64,000 nt of DNA, from contig OZ024744.1 in the NCBI GenBank assembly GCA_964016885.1, positions 51,584,001-51,648,000 on the forward strand, given 5' to 3'. The DNA is from Eledone cirrhosa. Its lineage: Eukaryota. A program made the translations under genes and the position numbers. Numbering within the stretch: position 1 is the stretch's first letter; every line of letters begins with the position of its first letter. Below the pieces are notes generated by a model that was not told the origin of the DNA, did no database searches, and was given only the letters and a program-made list of their open reading frames with translations. Below, one piece after another: positions 40,255-53,500 of this stretch.

Positions 40255-43200
40255 ATTTTTTAGTCTTTATTGTGTTGTATGAGATGAAAGAATGGTATTT
40301 AACTAATGTATTGGTACGCGATAGGGCCCACCCACAGCCCCGGTGGACAGAATGGAGAAGGCGTTTTCCCGGACGACGGCAAGGGAGACGCGCGGGATAA
40401 GTCACTCCAACTCGCGGGGTTCACACCTGCGGCTGGCCAGCTCAGCGCCTATGGTGGTGAGTAAGGAGGTAGCCCTGGGGCCGAGGACACCAGAAGTCTC
40501 CACTGCCAGGGGAACGACCGCAAACCTGTCGGAGAGCGACCGGTATTTGAGGAGTTTGGCCCCCTCAGCCCGACGTGCAGCAGAACCTGGGTCAGTCGCA
40601 GACTGCACCAGGTTGCGGCTGCAGAAAGTGTCGGTGCAAGTGGCATCCCAGACGAGGGGTTTGCCACCGCGGAACGGGAAGATGGTCATGCCATCTGGCC
40701 TTTTGCCGTCCCCTCGATCCAACCCCACCGGCTCGAGCTGTGAAGGGAAGCCTGCAGCGTCCAAGCCATGCTTAATGACCTCGTTGAGGGCAGCATGGCA
40801 TGGAATGCGGCCGGCACTGTGGGGACAGGAAAGCGGGTGGAGGCCGAAAGAGTCCACAGTGGAACCGCAGCGACATTGGTGTGGCTGGCAGATCTGGAGG
40901 CCGAGCCTCAGGGAAACGCCGAATCGCAGGCCATGGTTGTCTAGCTGCGTGCCAGTGGAGAAGGAGGGCAGGGCATGGAGCCAGGCACCACCGTGGGGTT
41001 TGGAGGCCGCACGAAAACAAGGAAGGCGGTGCTGGTCGAGCTGGCGCGTGAGCCTGTCTGAGGCCAGGCGTCACTGGATGGCATCCCAAGTGCGTTGGGG
41101 GGACTTGACGTCAACAGGGGGAGAAGGAGGAGAGACGTCTACTGGGCTAAGTCCCAGCCGGTCCCACGTCTCCAGGCGGCCTCACGTTCTCTGAACACAG
41201 AGGGTTCTGTTGTGTTTTGAAGAACCCAGCTGACGAGGACGCGGCACGATGTTACCGACGAAAGATACGCCGGCAAAGCTAGTGAGATCGGCGACCGGAG
41301 ACCAAGGCCGCCATACCTGACCGCTAAAGTGGCCTGTTGCCACCCTATGTCTTCAAACTTGACGTTGCATATCCCCTCGGCTGCTGCTCGGATACAAGTA
41401 TCGAGGTCAGTGAGGAGAGATGTCTGGGTGTAGCATGGAGCGCTGCGGGGTGTATAGAGGAGCTTCGGCATGGCGAAGCAGTTCCTCAGCAGAAAGAGAG
41501 CTGGGTGGCCGTCAATCAAGCCTAGTCGGCTCGTGAGAGTCTGGAGCTGTTGAAGCCTGGACCTGATGGTGGAGCGGATGGCCGGCGGTTGGATCGGTGA
41601 CCCGAGGATGAGGACATCCTCTTTGGGGGTCACCTGAACCTGGCGGAGAATGGACGGCACGTCCAAGACGGAGGCTGCAAAGCTCGCAGCATCGAGGCTG
41701 ACGGTCACCACCTCCGAGTTGGCCGAGTTGACCTGGAGGCCGATTCCCGCCAGGGCAGGAATCACCGATCGAAGGTCTTGGCAGACCGTCCGTACGGGCC
41801 CGCCCAGCGTAGCATCATCCAGATACCAAACGTTGAGAGGGGCCGTGCGATGTGGTCAATACCAAGGGCGAACAGGAGGGGTCCCAAAGGGTCGCCCTGT
41901 TTGACCCCAATAGCCGAGGGTATGACCGTATCAGCAGCTAGGAGCATGCTCGGGGCTCCATATGACAGGTAGGCCAGCGGGTAGGCAGAGAGGGTAGGCA
42001 GAGAGGGGCTCGGCTGAGGCAGGCCTCGAGCAGATGATCCCGGCGTAAAGAGTTAAATGCATTCCTCATGTCAAGCTTAACAATGAGGTGCCTGGAGTCC
42101 CTTGATGCCGATACCGATGGGCAGTTGCTGAAGAACTGCCTGATTGCATGAGCGGCTCCCTCACAGTCACCGGTCACGCCGACACCCAGTTGCACCGGAC
42201 TAAACTCCTCACCCAGTTCGTGTGTGACGGACTTTCAGATCACCTTGGCAGCCAACCTCCGGAAGACATTGCCCACAGCAATGGGCGTATGCCACCCTCT
42301 TTCTTCCTGAGAGCGGCGAGGCTGGCCGAAAAAAAGAGGCCTCGGGCGTAAGGGTCGAGGGCACCATGAATGAGCCTATTGGTGAGCGTCACAATTGCAC
42401 TCAGAAGGCGGCGCCCGGCCTCAGCGGAGAGGGGGATGTCAACTCCTTGAGGTGGCCTGGTCGGAGACCATCAACACCTCCGCAGCTGCTAGCTGGGAAG
42501 GACCTGATGGCGGACATGATATCTGCATCAGTAGTCACAAGGAGCAGGTGGGGTCGGGTGGGGGTCGGGTGGAGGTATGGGTCTGAGATCAGTGGGTGGC
42601 TCAGGGTGTTTGAGCCGCAGAGCAGCCAGGACCTCCTCGGTGGGTTGGAGGTCAGTGTCCTCTGAGGCAACAACTCTGACTGCGGCCGAGACATCACCCA
42701 TGATAAGCTTTGCGTTTACCTGGTCACGCAAACGCTTGGCGCTGGCCTCGGGGGTGGAGGATAGGGGGTACCTGAGGGTGGGGTGTGTGGCGTTCCTGGG
42801 CACGCTTGGAATGGGCGCTCGCCCAAATGACGAGATATTGGCCTTGACGAAGGCTGTTGTTGACCGGCCGCCCCGGTCAGCGCCAGAGCTGGGGAGGCCG
42901 AGGGGGAGTGGGGCGAAATAGAACAGCCACTCCCAGTCACTGGCTCGATTGGAGTCCAAGGTGCTCTCAATCGAGGAAGCGAGGGTATCGGCTACCGGCA
43001 CTCGTGCCGCTCTCGGGATCCTGAATGGGATCTTCCGGAGCCGCCTGAGCCGAGCGATGTTGACCATCGAGGCTCGGGCGTCAGGCAAGCTCGCTGTCCT
43101 ATCTGGTGGTGTGCCAGACGGCCGTGGCTGGGAAGACGTGGGGAAGAGGCAGCTCCTGCACCTCCATGTTGCGAGGGCATTGGAAGCTCGACGAGTCAAG

Positions 43201-43600
43201 CCAACGCAGGTGAGGTGGTGGAAGCAGCCGCACCCAAACAGTTCCGGCCCCTCTTCCCTTGTTAGTGGTGCCGCAAGTACTGCAGGTGTCGATTTGGAGG
43301 GGTGGGGGATGGGGCATGGGGCACCGAGCGGCATCAGGGTTGGGTGGGTGGCGTGTTTGGGTGGAAGGGAAAGGCTGGTAAGAGGGTAGCATAGCTCACC
43401 TATATATATGCAGGTGCCAGAAAACGAGAGCGAAAAGAGGCTGCATGGAGGGGGAGACACAGGAAGGTAGAATGGCAGTAAATGAATGGGTGAATGGATG
43501 GATGTACACAAAAAAGACTGGGGGGAGGGGAGAAACAAGGGGTTGTTCCCAGCGGAAAGACGCAGAGTTCAGCACGCACACATGCGAGCAACTGAGCATT
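40255..43600 (-). mobile_element. Near full-length, frameshifted CRE-clade-like non-LTR retrotransposon (PHD-like finger, RT, zinc knuckle, RLE)
   Basis: QLGVGV..CEGAAHAIR, VKLDMRNAFNSLRR, GVKQGDPLGPLLFALGI, WYLDDAT, DSFGLHPLSC and KRPDGMT...WDATC; N-terminal CSTC...HHLTCVGL...WRCRSC; AATAAA near 40270 (-). Confidence 0.85.
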
Positions 43601-44207
43601 TTGTCATAGGACCTAGTGTCTGGTGGTGAGTCACTGATGCTGGGGTTGGCTTCCTCTTGTTAATGGTAGAGTTGTTGTTGTTAATGACACTGTTGTCGTT
43701 GCTTTCCTTTTGTTAATGGTGAAGATATAGAGCAAAATATAAAATCCACCAGCAGACAATTATGGTATAATTATAATTAGGAAACTAAATATCACTATAT
43801 TGTTGTTGAAGCTCTTGTTGTTGTCAGTGGTAGTGGTTTCGTTGTTGTTTAACCCTTGTATGTTAAACTTGACCATCATGTCTTTCTAATTTCAGACATA
43901 AATTATGTAGGACCTGGCGCTGGGTTGCCAGAGTCGTTAGAATATAACAATGCTTTGAAGTATTAGTTCCGACTTGACTGTCTGAGTTCAAATTCTGCCT
44001 GGGGTCAACATTACCTCTTGGTAATCGATTCTTCCTCTACATCTATTTCTTACTTCCACTCTCTCGTTCTTTCACACACTTAAGTAATTGGTTTTGTTTA
44101 GAAATATAGCTATTGATCTGAGGGAAATTTAACTTCTGTTTTCAGCATTTTGAGCTCCTGTTACATTGGGGCTCTCCTTGGGTTCGAATATACAGTATTA
44201 TCTAGGC

Positions 44208-44300
44208 TAGTGTTTCTCAAACATTTCCTTACCAAGGACCCCTTTTTTATCACAATTGATTTTCTACGGATCCCTGGCCACAATGTCTCCCCACCCAGAT
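44208..44300 (+). mobile_element. Possible hAT-Charlie-type MITE left end
   Basis: ATCTAGGC followed by TAGTGTTTCTCAAAC..GGACCCC resembles a Charlie target site plus terminus; no matching right end found. Confidence 0.3.
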
Positions 44301-44448
44301 TGTTTTCAGTGAGAATAACAGACAAAAGAGAGAAATATTTATACTTAGAGAAGAATTGATACACTATAGTGTGTGTTATGTTTATAAGAATGTACTTGAA
44401 ATATTGAACATAGTGATTTGTTCATGTGTGTGTGTATATGTATGTATG

Positions 44449-44480
<32 letters not shown>

Positions 44481-44481
<1 letters not shown>

Positions 44482-46616
44482 TATCTCTTTCTCTTAATTT
44501 CGAGTATATTTTTTTTTTGACTGGCCACCTTCCTGGTGGCAAGGTTGTAAAAGAAAAGAAATTGTCATCCCTTGAATCGCAAGAATGTTTTGCAAATTTT
44601 GAAGGTGCCAGCTATCGCAGCCATTTGTAGACTATGAATTAGGGAGCTGCGCTTTTTGTCCGCAAATCCAAGTTCAGTCATACTTTGGTCCAAGCGGGTT
44701 GGTATATAACCCGTAACTCCAATAATGATGGGTATGAAGCTAAAGGTGTATCTTGGATACTGGATTTGTAAACTCCTCATCAATGGTCTGTAGATGTCCT
44801 CCTTCTACTGTATTTTTCTGATAACGTTGACATCAAGTGGGCAGCTGATCTCCACAACAGAACACGTTTTCAATGTGTGGTCCCAAACAACAATATCAGG
44901 CCGGTTGTGTTTTAATTTGGTGGCAGTTTTTATTTTCAGGTTCCACCAGTATCCCTTAGTGCCATCTGTCTCAATATATTCTTCTTCGTTTGTTGTTAAT
45001 TTTGTTTTCCGAAGTGCGTTCCAGATGGTTCTAGCTATCCTATCGTGTCTCATGGGGAGGTAGTAGCGAGATGACATTCTTTCGCAGCTGGCAACAATGT
45101 GCCTTACATCCTCGATCTTTGTTTTACATAGCCTACATTTATTGTCAGCTGCTGGCCCTCCTCTTTTGTGCAGCAGATATTTGGTAGGGAATTCTTGTTC
45201 CTGTATTGCATAGAGATATCCCTCAAGCTGTGAAGTCATAAACTTGTTGGAACTCCATGCCAGGCTTTTTGAGTGGTTTATCCCCTCTATGGTCTGTGTT
45301 TTACGCCTCAAGTATCCATGCACAACTTTTTCTGTAAATTGGTCCATTTTTTCATCTTGTTTGAACATTGAATAGGATCTTCCGATTTCTCGGGGTGAGA
45401 GATTTATATCAGGCTTTATTCCATATCTCCCCTCCAGATCAGTCGCTATTCTAATGATATTTTTTTTTTCATGCTCATAAACCTGGGCAAGATGGTTGCC
45501 AACCTTTTTCCTCTGTTGAAGGTGTTGCTTCAGTGTTACTATCCGGGTCTCATATGTTGTTAATATTGATTTTAGACCCCGGCCACCTTCCTTGCGTGAG
45601 AAGTATAGCCTATCCACATCACCATTGATGTTAAAGTTCCCAGTAACACTGAGAATTTTGCGAGTTCTAACATCCATCTCACTTAGTTCTTGCAATGACC
45701 AGTTCAGCAGACCAAATGTTGGCGTTAGGATTGGCACAGCATAAGTATTGTAGGCAATGTACTTGTACGCTGACAGTTCAGATGACCATATTTTCTTTAC
45801 TCTTCTGAGGTATTCAGTTCTGGTTCTCTCCTTATTTATGGGTCCATCATATCTGACATTCTCATCCTGTCCAAGATATCTGTAGTTGTCACCTGACTGT
45901 AGAGGTTGTATTGTCAGGCATTCATCTCTAGATTTCTAGAGGAGGGCACAGCTCTTCCACGTTTTACTGCCAAATATGCACACTTGGACTCACCAAATTT
46001 CATTTTGATGTCGGTTGAAAATTGTGTAATGATGTCCAATTGTTTCTTGATGTCATTGATATTTGGCCCATACAACTTCAGGTCATCAACAAAGAAAAGA
46101 TGGGAGATACTTCTGGACCCACTTCTTTGTCCACCTTGTTTCCTGAGTAGGTAAGATAGTGGATTCAGTGAGAGAACGAAGAGTAGCACTGACAAGCTAT
46201 CACCCTGAAAGATGCCCTTCTGGTAATGTATCTTATCAGTCTTAACTTGCTCCTTCTCACCTCTAAGGATCAAATTGGTGTACCAGTTCTTGGTCAGGCG
46301 TTCAACAGCAGCTACCAATGGTTGTGGGACTTTGGCTAACTGTAAAGCCTTAATAATCCACCCATGAGGTACACTATCAAATGCTTTTTGATAGTCCAGC
46401 CACACCACAGTCATGTTTCTGCGATTCTTTGTTGTTTTTTCCTGAATCATTTTATTAGTTAGTAGGTGATCTATGCAACCCCACACCTACCTCTTTCCAC
46501 CAGCTTTCTCAGGTGTTATGATGTTGTTGGTAGCACAGTGATCCTTTAAGAACAGGTTAAGGCACCCAGTATATAATTTATACATGATGTTTTGGCAGGC
46601 TATTGGGCGGTAATTT
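44481..46616 (-). mobile_element. 5'-truncated R4/Dong-clade non-LTR retrotransposon (RT, CCHC, RLE), in (TATG)n
   Basis: NYRPIAC, WLDYQKAFDSVPH, KGIFQGDSLS, SHLFFVDDLKLY, GGRGL, CRLC...H...C, RHDRIA, NRPDIVV..VVEISCP; stops and frameshifts; (TATG)n at both ends. Confidence 0.9.
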
Positions 46617-46680
46617 TGTATGTATGTATGTATGTATGTATGTATGTATGTATGTATGTATGTATGTATGTATGTATGTA

Positions 46681-47235
46681 CAACCTGTCTCATGGTCGGG
46701 TCGTTGGCGACTAAACTGGCAACCCCACCAAGGTTTCTTGGTGAGGAGGGTGACTTTGGACATCCTACAGGACTAAAAACAAAACCTGTCAAAGGGCAAA
46801 GGAGCTCTTAAGAGTCAATGGCCATCCAAAATCACCGGGAGAGATGACCCCTTAGCCTTTGTCAAGGCAGAATTCTAGGAGAAGGAAAACTCTGATATAA
46901 CACCTGCAACTCTGATGGTATCCAATGATGTTGACTTGTTCTTCTTTTTGGTAAATATTATCTTGGTTAAGAGAGTGGGACTGGCTTTGTGCAGTGCCTT
47001 TGCTCACTATAAAAGCTTCACGGCACAGGCATTGCTTTATATCTGGAGATCTCTCTGCACTTGTACCATGGGCCCAGCACTATGTGTCAATAATTGTCAC
47101 AAGTGTAGCGTTTGTACCAGAGTTTTCAAGTCGCTGGCTGGACTAAAGTCACATTAGTTCAGCGCATCGGTAGGAGTTCTCCTACATGGATATAAAGTAG
47201 TGGCCGTACTCGAAAACGAGTTGGCAGCCACCATG
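46681..47235 (+). mobile_element. Probable isolated 5' UTR of an RTE-type LINE, bounded by (TATG)n
   Basis: Contains CTAGGAGAAGGAAAACTCTGA, a motif I recall from RTE 5' UTRs; ends GCAGCCACCATG directly into (TATG)n; no coding similarity seen. Confidence 0.45.
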
Positions 47236-47337
47236 TATGTATGTATGTATGTATGTATGTATGTATGTATGTATGTATGTATGTATGTATGTATGTATGT
47301 ATGTATGTATGTATGTGTGTGTGTGTATGTATGTATG

Positions 47338-47629
47338 TTATCTCTTTCTCTTAATTTTGAGTATATTTTTGACCGGTCACCTTCCTGGTGGCAAGGTTGC
47401 AAAAGAAAAGAAATTATCATCTCTAGAATCGCAAGAATGTTTTGCAAATTTTGAAGGTGCCAGCTATCGCAGCCAGTTGTAGACTATGAATTAGGGAGCT
47501 GCGCTCTTTGTCCGCAAATCCAAGTTCAGTTATACATTAGTCCAAGCGGGTTGGTATATAACCCGTAGCTCTAATAATGATGGGTATGAAGCTAAAGGTG
47601 TATCTTGGATACTGGATTTGTAAACTCCT
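47338..47629 (-). mobile_element. Second, short 3' copy of the R4/Dong-like element in (TATG)n
   Basis: Aligns with 44481-44778; same 3' junction GTATG|TTATCTCTTTCTC; different 5' truncation, again into (TATG)n. Confidence 0.9.
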
Positions 47630-47741
47630 ATGTATGTATGTATGTATGTATGTATGTATGTATGTATGTATGTATGTATGTATGTATGTATGTATGTATG
47701 TATGTATGTATGTATGTATGTATGAATGTATGTATGTATGT

Positions 47742-50515
47742 ATTCAGCCTTTTCTCTCCTTAACTCTTCTTCACCAACATGGTGACTATACAAGCTGGAT
47801 GTTTCAATGTACGTGGCCTGAGCATGTTTTGGAAACAAGGCCAGCTTTTAAATGATCTCAGGTCACATTGTATAGATGTGATGGCCATCACCTAGTCCAG
47901 GATTCACGACAAGCAGCAGCAAACCCCCATGTTCGATGATTTTGAGATCTACGCATCTCTCTGTCAGCCAGGAGGTGGAGGGGGAGTTGCTGTTCTGTTT
48001 CGAAAAAACTTGGATCTCAAAATACAGACGATTCACTTGGACCCGGAGGGCAGGCTGGTGGTCCTGGATGTGAATGGTAGTGAAGGTGGAGCTTTCAGAC
48101 TGGTGGCCCTATATGCCCCGACTGGGATATCGGGACCAGAGTTCTTCAAGCATCTGGAGCCATTCCTGGGAACGTCTCGCTCCTTAGTGTTAGCGGGGGA
48201 CTGGAATGGCATCTTAGACGCACCTTGGGACTATGTAGGAGCTTATGATAATAGAGGGGCGTGTAATAGCCTCAAAATCTCATCAGCCAATTCCAACTGG
48301 CTGATAGATATAGAGTAGACTTCCAAAGTGCACCACTGTGGACGTGGAGCAACCGTACTGGGTCTTCTAGATCGTATTTAGATAGATTTTTAATTAGACA
48401 GAATGATAAGGAAACATTAAGCTGTCCTCAAATGCACATGGTTGCCTATTCAGACCACAAATTAGTCACCTGAGTAGTCAACCTTGATATAACACATAGA
48501 CAAGGACCCGGATACTGGAAGCTAAACATGTCGCTCCCGGCGCGTAAGGCCTACAGTAAACGGATTAGCACCTTAGTTAAGTGCCAGTTGCGGGGGCGAT
48601 CGTCAACAACAGGTGGTGGAGCTCTCTCAAGAGAGCAATTAGAATAGAATCGATAGCATTTAGCAAGGAAGTAGCAGTTCTCAAGGCGGCCGGCTTCACT
48701 CCCGTCTTCAGAGCCTGGATTGCTGCGATGCACACCAGCATCTGCTCGGCAGTCAAGGTGAATAGCTACCTATCAGAGCCATTCCAAATCATGCGTTCCA
48801 TCCATCAGGGATTCCCTCTCTCCTCCATTCTGTATGTACTGACTCTCGAGCCGTTACTGCGGAAGTTGGAGCTGTTGCAGGGCATCCCGATCGAACCAGG
48901 ACTGCGGAAGGCAGCGCCGGCCTATGCCGACGACATAACCGTTATGGTGTCGAAAACCTCGGAAATCGGGGTAATCAGCAACCTGTTACAGGAATACGAA
49001 ACGTTGACAGGAGTCTGTCGATTTGCAAATCGGCACGTAGAGAGGCAAACCCATGCCTTCCGACAGTGTCGTTGGACACTGGACGGAAGGACCGGTGAAA
49101 TTGCTCGGGGTCTGGTTTGGTCCAAACCTCCAGGTGGACAAGAACTGGAACGAGGTCACGAGGAAGGTGTTTGCACTCACCCAGAAGTGGGCTGAGTGCA
49201 AACTTTCCTTGAAAGGTCGAGCGGAAGTGGCGAACACTTACATAGCGTCCGTCATCTACTACCGCTTGACAGTCGTCCCTTGGCCCCGCGAATACCTTAC
49301 CAAAATGGAACGCCTACTCTTCAAGTTCCTCTGGAAGATTAAGGCTCCATTGGTGAGGAGATCCATCTGCTGTCAACACCCTTCTAACGGAGGGCTGGGC
49401 ATGGCGTGGCTGATAATGCGCAAACACGCGCTGAGGGTACGCCATCTCCAGGTATTCCTGACCGGTGAACCGGTGTGGCTGTCGTTTGTGAGACTAGCTC
49501 TTCCACAATCCGCCTCACTAACAGAGCTGCAGTCCTTGGTCAAGCGAAAACGGAAAATGGGTGCCTGGCACCTCGAGTGCCTTCAGGCGCTCACAGCTCT
49601 CTACCAAGCGGAAACGGTAATCAGCGGAGACTCCACTTCGGCATTCTATAGAGGATTAGTGGAGGATAAGTGCGACGACGGAGGACCAACTGACCGGTCT
49701 GTTCGGGAGGACTTTCCGTCCAGGGCTTATGGATAACTTCCAGAGGTCTCTGGCCTGGCAGTGCTACCGTGGAGCTCTACCAGTTCGAGACAAAATCTAC
49801 AGGCACGGACGCCCTGGCAGAGATCCTGCCAAAAGGACCTGTCCAAGATGCGAGCAGGACATCGAAACCGTTCTGCACGCAATTTTTCAGTGCTCAGGGG
49901 TGACCAACCTGTGGAATTATGTCGAACAGCTACTGTCACGTGGGGACGCATCCAGTTGTCAGCCGAGTCCATCGTGAGGATCACTCCGCCGCCTTCATTT
50001 AAGAACGAAGGAGAGGCGGTTTTCCTCTGTCTGGTGGCTATGGCGAAAGAAGTAATATGGTGGACAAGGTTAAAAGGACTGAGGGCAAACACCTTTCTCT
50101 CCGGACAACAACTTATCCCCTTCTTTAAGTATCACTTCAGAAGGAAGGTGAGGATGGAGAGAGAAGTGCTACACCCCAGTAAATTCGCTGAGAGGTAGGC
50201 GGTTGTGGCGAAAAGGGCCCGAATGAATGGGCCTTCTCTGTATATAAACCTGTAGGTTGAGGAAGATGAACAGAGGGAAGACAGGAACACGTACAAATCG
50301 TGTTCCTGGTGTTGAGGGTTGTTCTATCCATGGGGTGTAAAACAACCCTGCAGTAACGTTCCCCGCTATTGGGGATTTCAATTGTTATTTTATTATATAT
50401 AGTTTATTGTTATTTATTAATGTTAAAGTTATTTTTATGTAAAACCCCCGCCGTCACGTCTTGTAATGTTCCATTTTTGTACGCCCCTGTTGCAAATAAA
50501 GAAATATATCTATCT
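47742..50515 (+). mobile_element. Tx1-like LINE copy A (ORF2 only, ~0.9-kb internal deletion)
   Basis: APE motifs (FNVRGL, GGGVAVLF, GRLVVLD, YAP, GDWN, SDH), AYADD, KLLGVWFG, CPRC. At ~48675 it jumps from the equivalent of ~53420 to ~54325. Ends AATAAAGAAATATATCTATCT. Confidence 0.88.
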
Positions 50516-53500
50516 CTGTATCGACCGGACGTGCGATAGATCGTTGGTAAGTTTTTGTAAAATGTTCTATACAAAAACAGAATTTATTGTGTGAAAATTT
50601 ATATTGATTGATAGATAAACACGCAAGCTGAATTGTCAGCTGAGTGGCAATCTCAGTTTTTGCCCCTGTGGGGCGAAAGTTTAATTAAAAAAAATTATTG
50701 AGAAGTTTTAAAATTTTCCTAACTTTAACAATGTGTGACTTACAGAGAACGCTAGACAGCGAGAAGGAGGGAAAGAGGCATATATAAGCGTTCTATCTCC
50801 CTCTACTTCCATAGAAGTATCTATGGAGACAAACAACAACAAAACTTCGTTTCGTAAAGAAATGAATATTTGCACAACAAAAGATGAAAACAGCCCACGA
50901 CAGACACCAAAAAATACAGAAAATGCAGAAAGTGAAACAATTAACACAACTACACACGAAAAAACCAACAACAACAAAACTGAAAAAACAACATTCGCAC
51001 AGACTGTGATAAAAAAAAAAAACGAAATATAAAGAATTGGACATCAGCAATTCAAGACAGATGTTGTCTGATGCGAGACAATTTAGAACATTTGAAGAAA
51101 AGGGTGGGTTTCAAATAAACTCATCCTTGGAAATTAAACAAGAAACAGTTCGAAGAAGGGTTACCTTCAGAACTGTCTCAAATCAAATAAAAAAAGCCGG
51201 TATTCCCCAGTCAAAGGGAAATCGAAACCACCTTGAAAGAGGCTCTGCCGGACATTGATTTTATACAGAGGGCCAAACTATATGGAAGTATTTCGGTACT
51301 TTTTAAAAGCGAGGCCCTCGCTCAAAAACATTCTGTTACACCAGTCATCACAAAAACACACACCTTTTTCCCTACTTACATGGGAAAAAGAACACAAAAA
51401 AAAAATTAAGTACCACCAAACATCAACATTTGGTGGATCTTAGCAGGGTTCATAGAGCCAGAAAGTGACACAATTCTTTCGGTCAGGAAGTCGACCAGAC
51501 AAAGGTGGGCAGGGGCAAATTTGGAAATTCTGATACAAATGAAACTAGAAAGAATTTCCAAAATCCCCGAAAGAGTGCTGGTCGACAACCAAAACTACAT
51601 TAACATTCTCACTGAAGGCGAGAGCCACACTGTTTTCGATGTGCAAGCACATCCATCACACCTAAAAGCCTCCTGCCCTTTACAAACAAATTAAAAAAAA
51701 AACTACTTTTACCAACACCAACACCAAAACAATCACCACAACAACAACACACAAAACAAGAAAACACACTCAAACAAACAACCCCTCAACCACAAACAAC
51801 AGAAAAAACACAGACAGCACCCCTGAAGAACACAGCCCCACCCTACCCCACTCAATCCAACACTACCACAAACACACACACCAAAACACCATCACCACAC
51901 AACATACCCTTACCCCACACTCCTGATGATGATTATTTATCGAGAGATGAGGCTGCTTCTCCTTCTTTAAGTGAAGAAGAAGAGTCTCGGAAATCCAAAA
52001 AACAAAAGAAAAGACACCACAAAACCCACAAAACTCCAATCACCAACACCAACACACAACCACACACACAAACAACAACACAAACAACGCCTCAACCAAA
52101 CCTCCCCCTACCAACAAAACAAACACCAACACCACCCCAAACACAAAAGAGAAAACTCACAGACGAACAACAAACTAAAACAACACAACCAAAACAAAAA
52201 CAACAATATACATACATCAACACCAACAACACAAATTTGATGGAGGTCATCTCACAGGACCTCAAAGTGGAAAATGAGGGGAAAACTTTTGTCAAAGCAG
52301 ACTCTCAACCACACCTAAAACCTATCAGAAATTGAAAGAACAGTTTTTACAGGACGTTGGCAACTCCTGCCAAAAACTAATAAACCGTGTCCTGTTGAAA
52401 TGTTTCCCCACCTCACTCAACACTCCCACCAGAACTGAAATGGAGATTGAACAACCCGATCTCCAGGAAAAGAAAAGGTAAGTGCACCTTTTAGTCCTTT
52501 TCGCCAACTCTTCTCCACCAACATGGCTGACTTACGAGTTGGAAGCGTGAATGTACGTGGCCTAGGGATACCCTGGAAACAGAGCCAACATTTAAACGAC
52601 CTTAGGTCACACGGTATAGATGTAATAGCCATCACCGAGTCCAGGATCCACAACAGGCAGCAACTAACCATCATCTTCAATGACTTTGAGATCTACGCAT
52701 CTCTCTGTCAGCCGGGAGGTGGAGGTGGAGTGACTGTCATGTTTCGGAAAAACCTGGATCTCGAAGTACAGCAAGTACACTTGCACCCAGAGGGTAGACT
52801 GGTAGTCCTAGACGTGAACAGTATTGGAGTGGAGCCTTCAGACTGGTGGCCGTTTATGCCCCGACCGGGAAATCACAATCGCGGCCAGACTTCTTTAAGC
52901 ATCTAGAGTCTTTTCTGGGAACATCTCGCTCCTTGCTTTTAGTGGGGGACTGGAATGGTATCCTAGATGAACGATGGGACTCTGTGGGAGCATGTCCTAG
53001 TAGAGCGGAGTGCAACAGCCTCAAAAATCTAATCGGCCAATTCCAACTGGCCGATAGATATCGACTAGATTTCCCGACTGCACCACAGTGGACGAGCAAA
53101 CCGCAGCGTGACATCTATCGTATCTAGATAGGTTTTTCATTAGAGAGGACAAGAAGATGTTAAGCTGTCCACAAATGCACATGGTTGCCTATTCAGATCA
53201 CAAACTAGTCGTCTGCTTAGTCGTGATAGAATACTAGAATACATAGACAAGGACCCGGACACTGGAAGCTGAACGTGTCGTTGCCGGCACGAAAAGCCTA
53301 CAGTGAACGGATAAGTAGATTAGTTAAACAAGAGTTGACGGGAGCCATCGTCAACAATAGATGGTGGTATTCTCCCAAGAGAGCAATTAGAGTAGAATCG
53401 ATAGGGTTTAGCAGAGAATTAGCTTTAGAGAAAAACAAATTAGATCAGAAATAGTAGCCAAGGTAGAAGAGGCGCTTAGGAGTGGCAATGTAGCTAGAGT

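Noticed and set aside
40343-41194. 283-aa plus-strand ORF
   Set aside because: Antisense shadow of the GC-rich CRE-like ORF.
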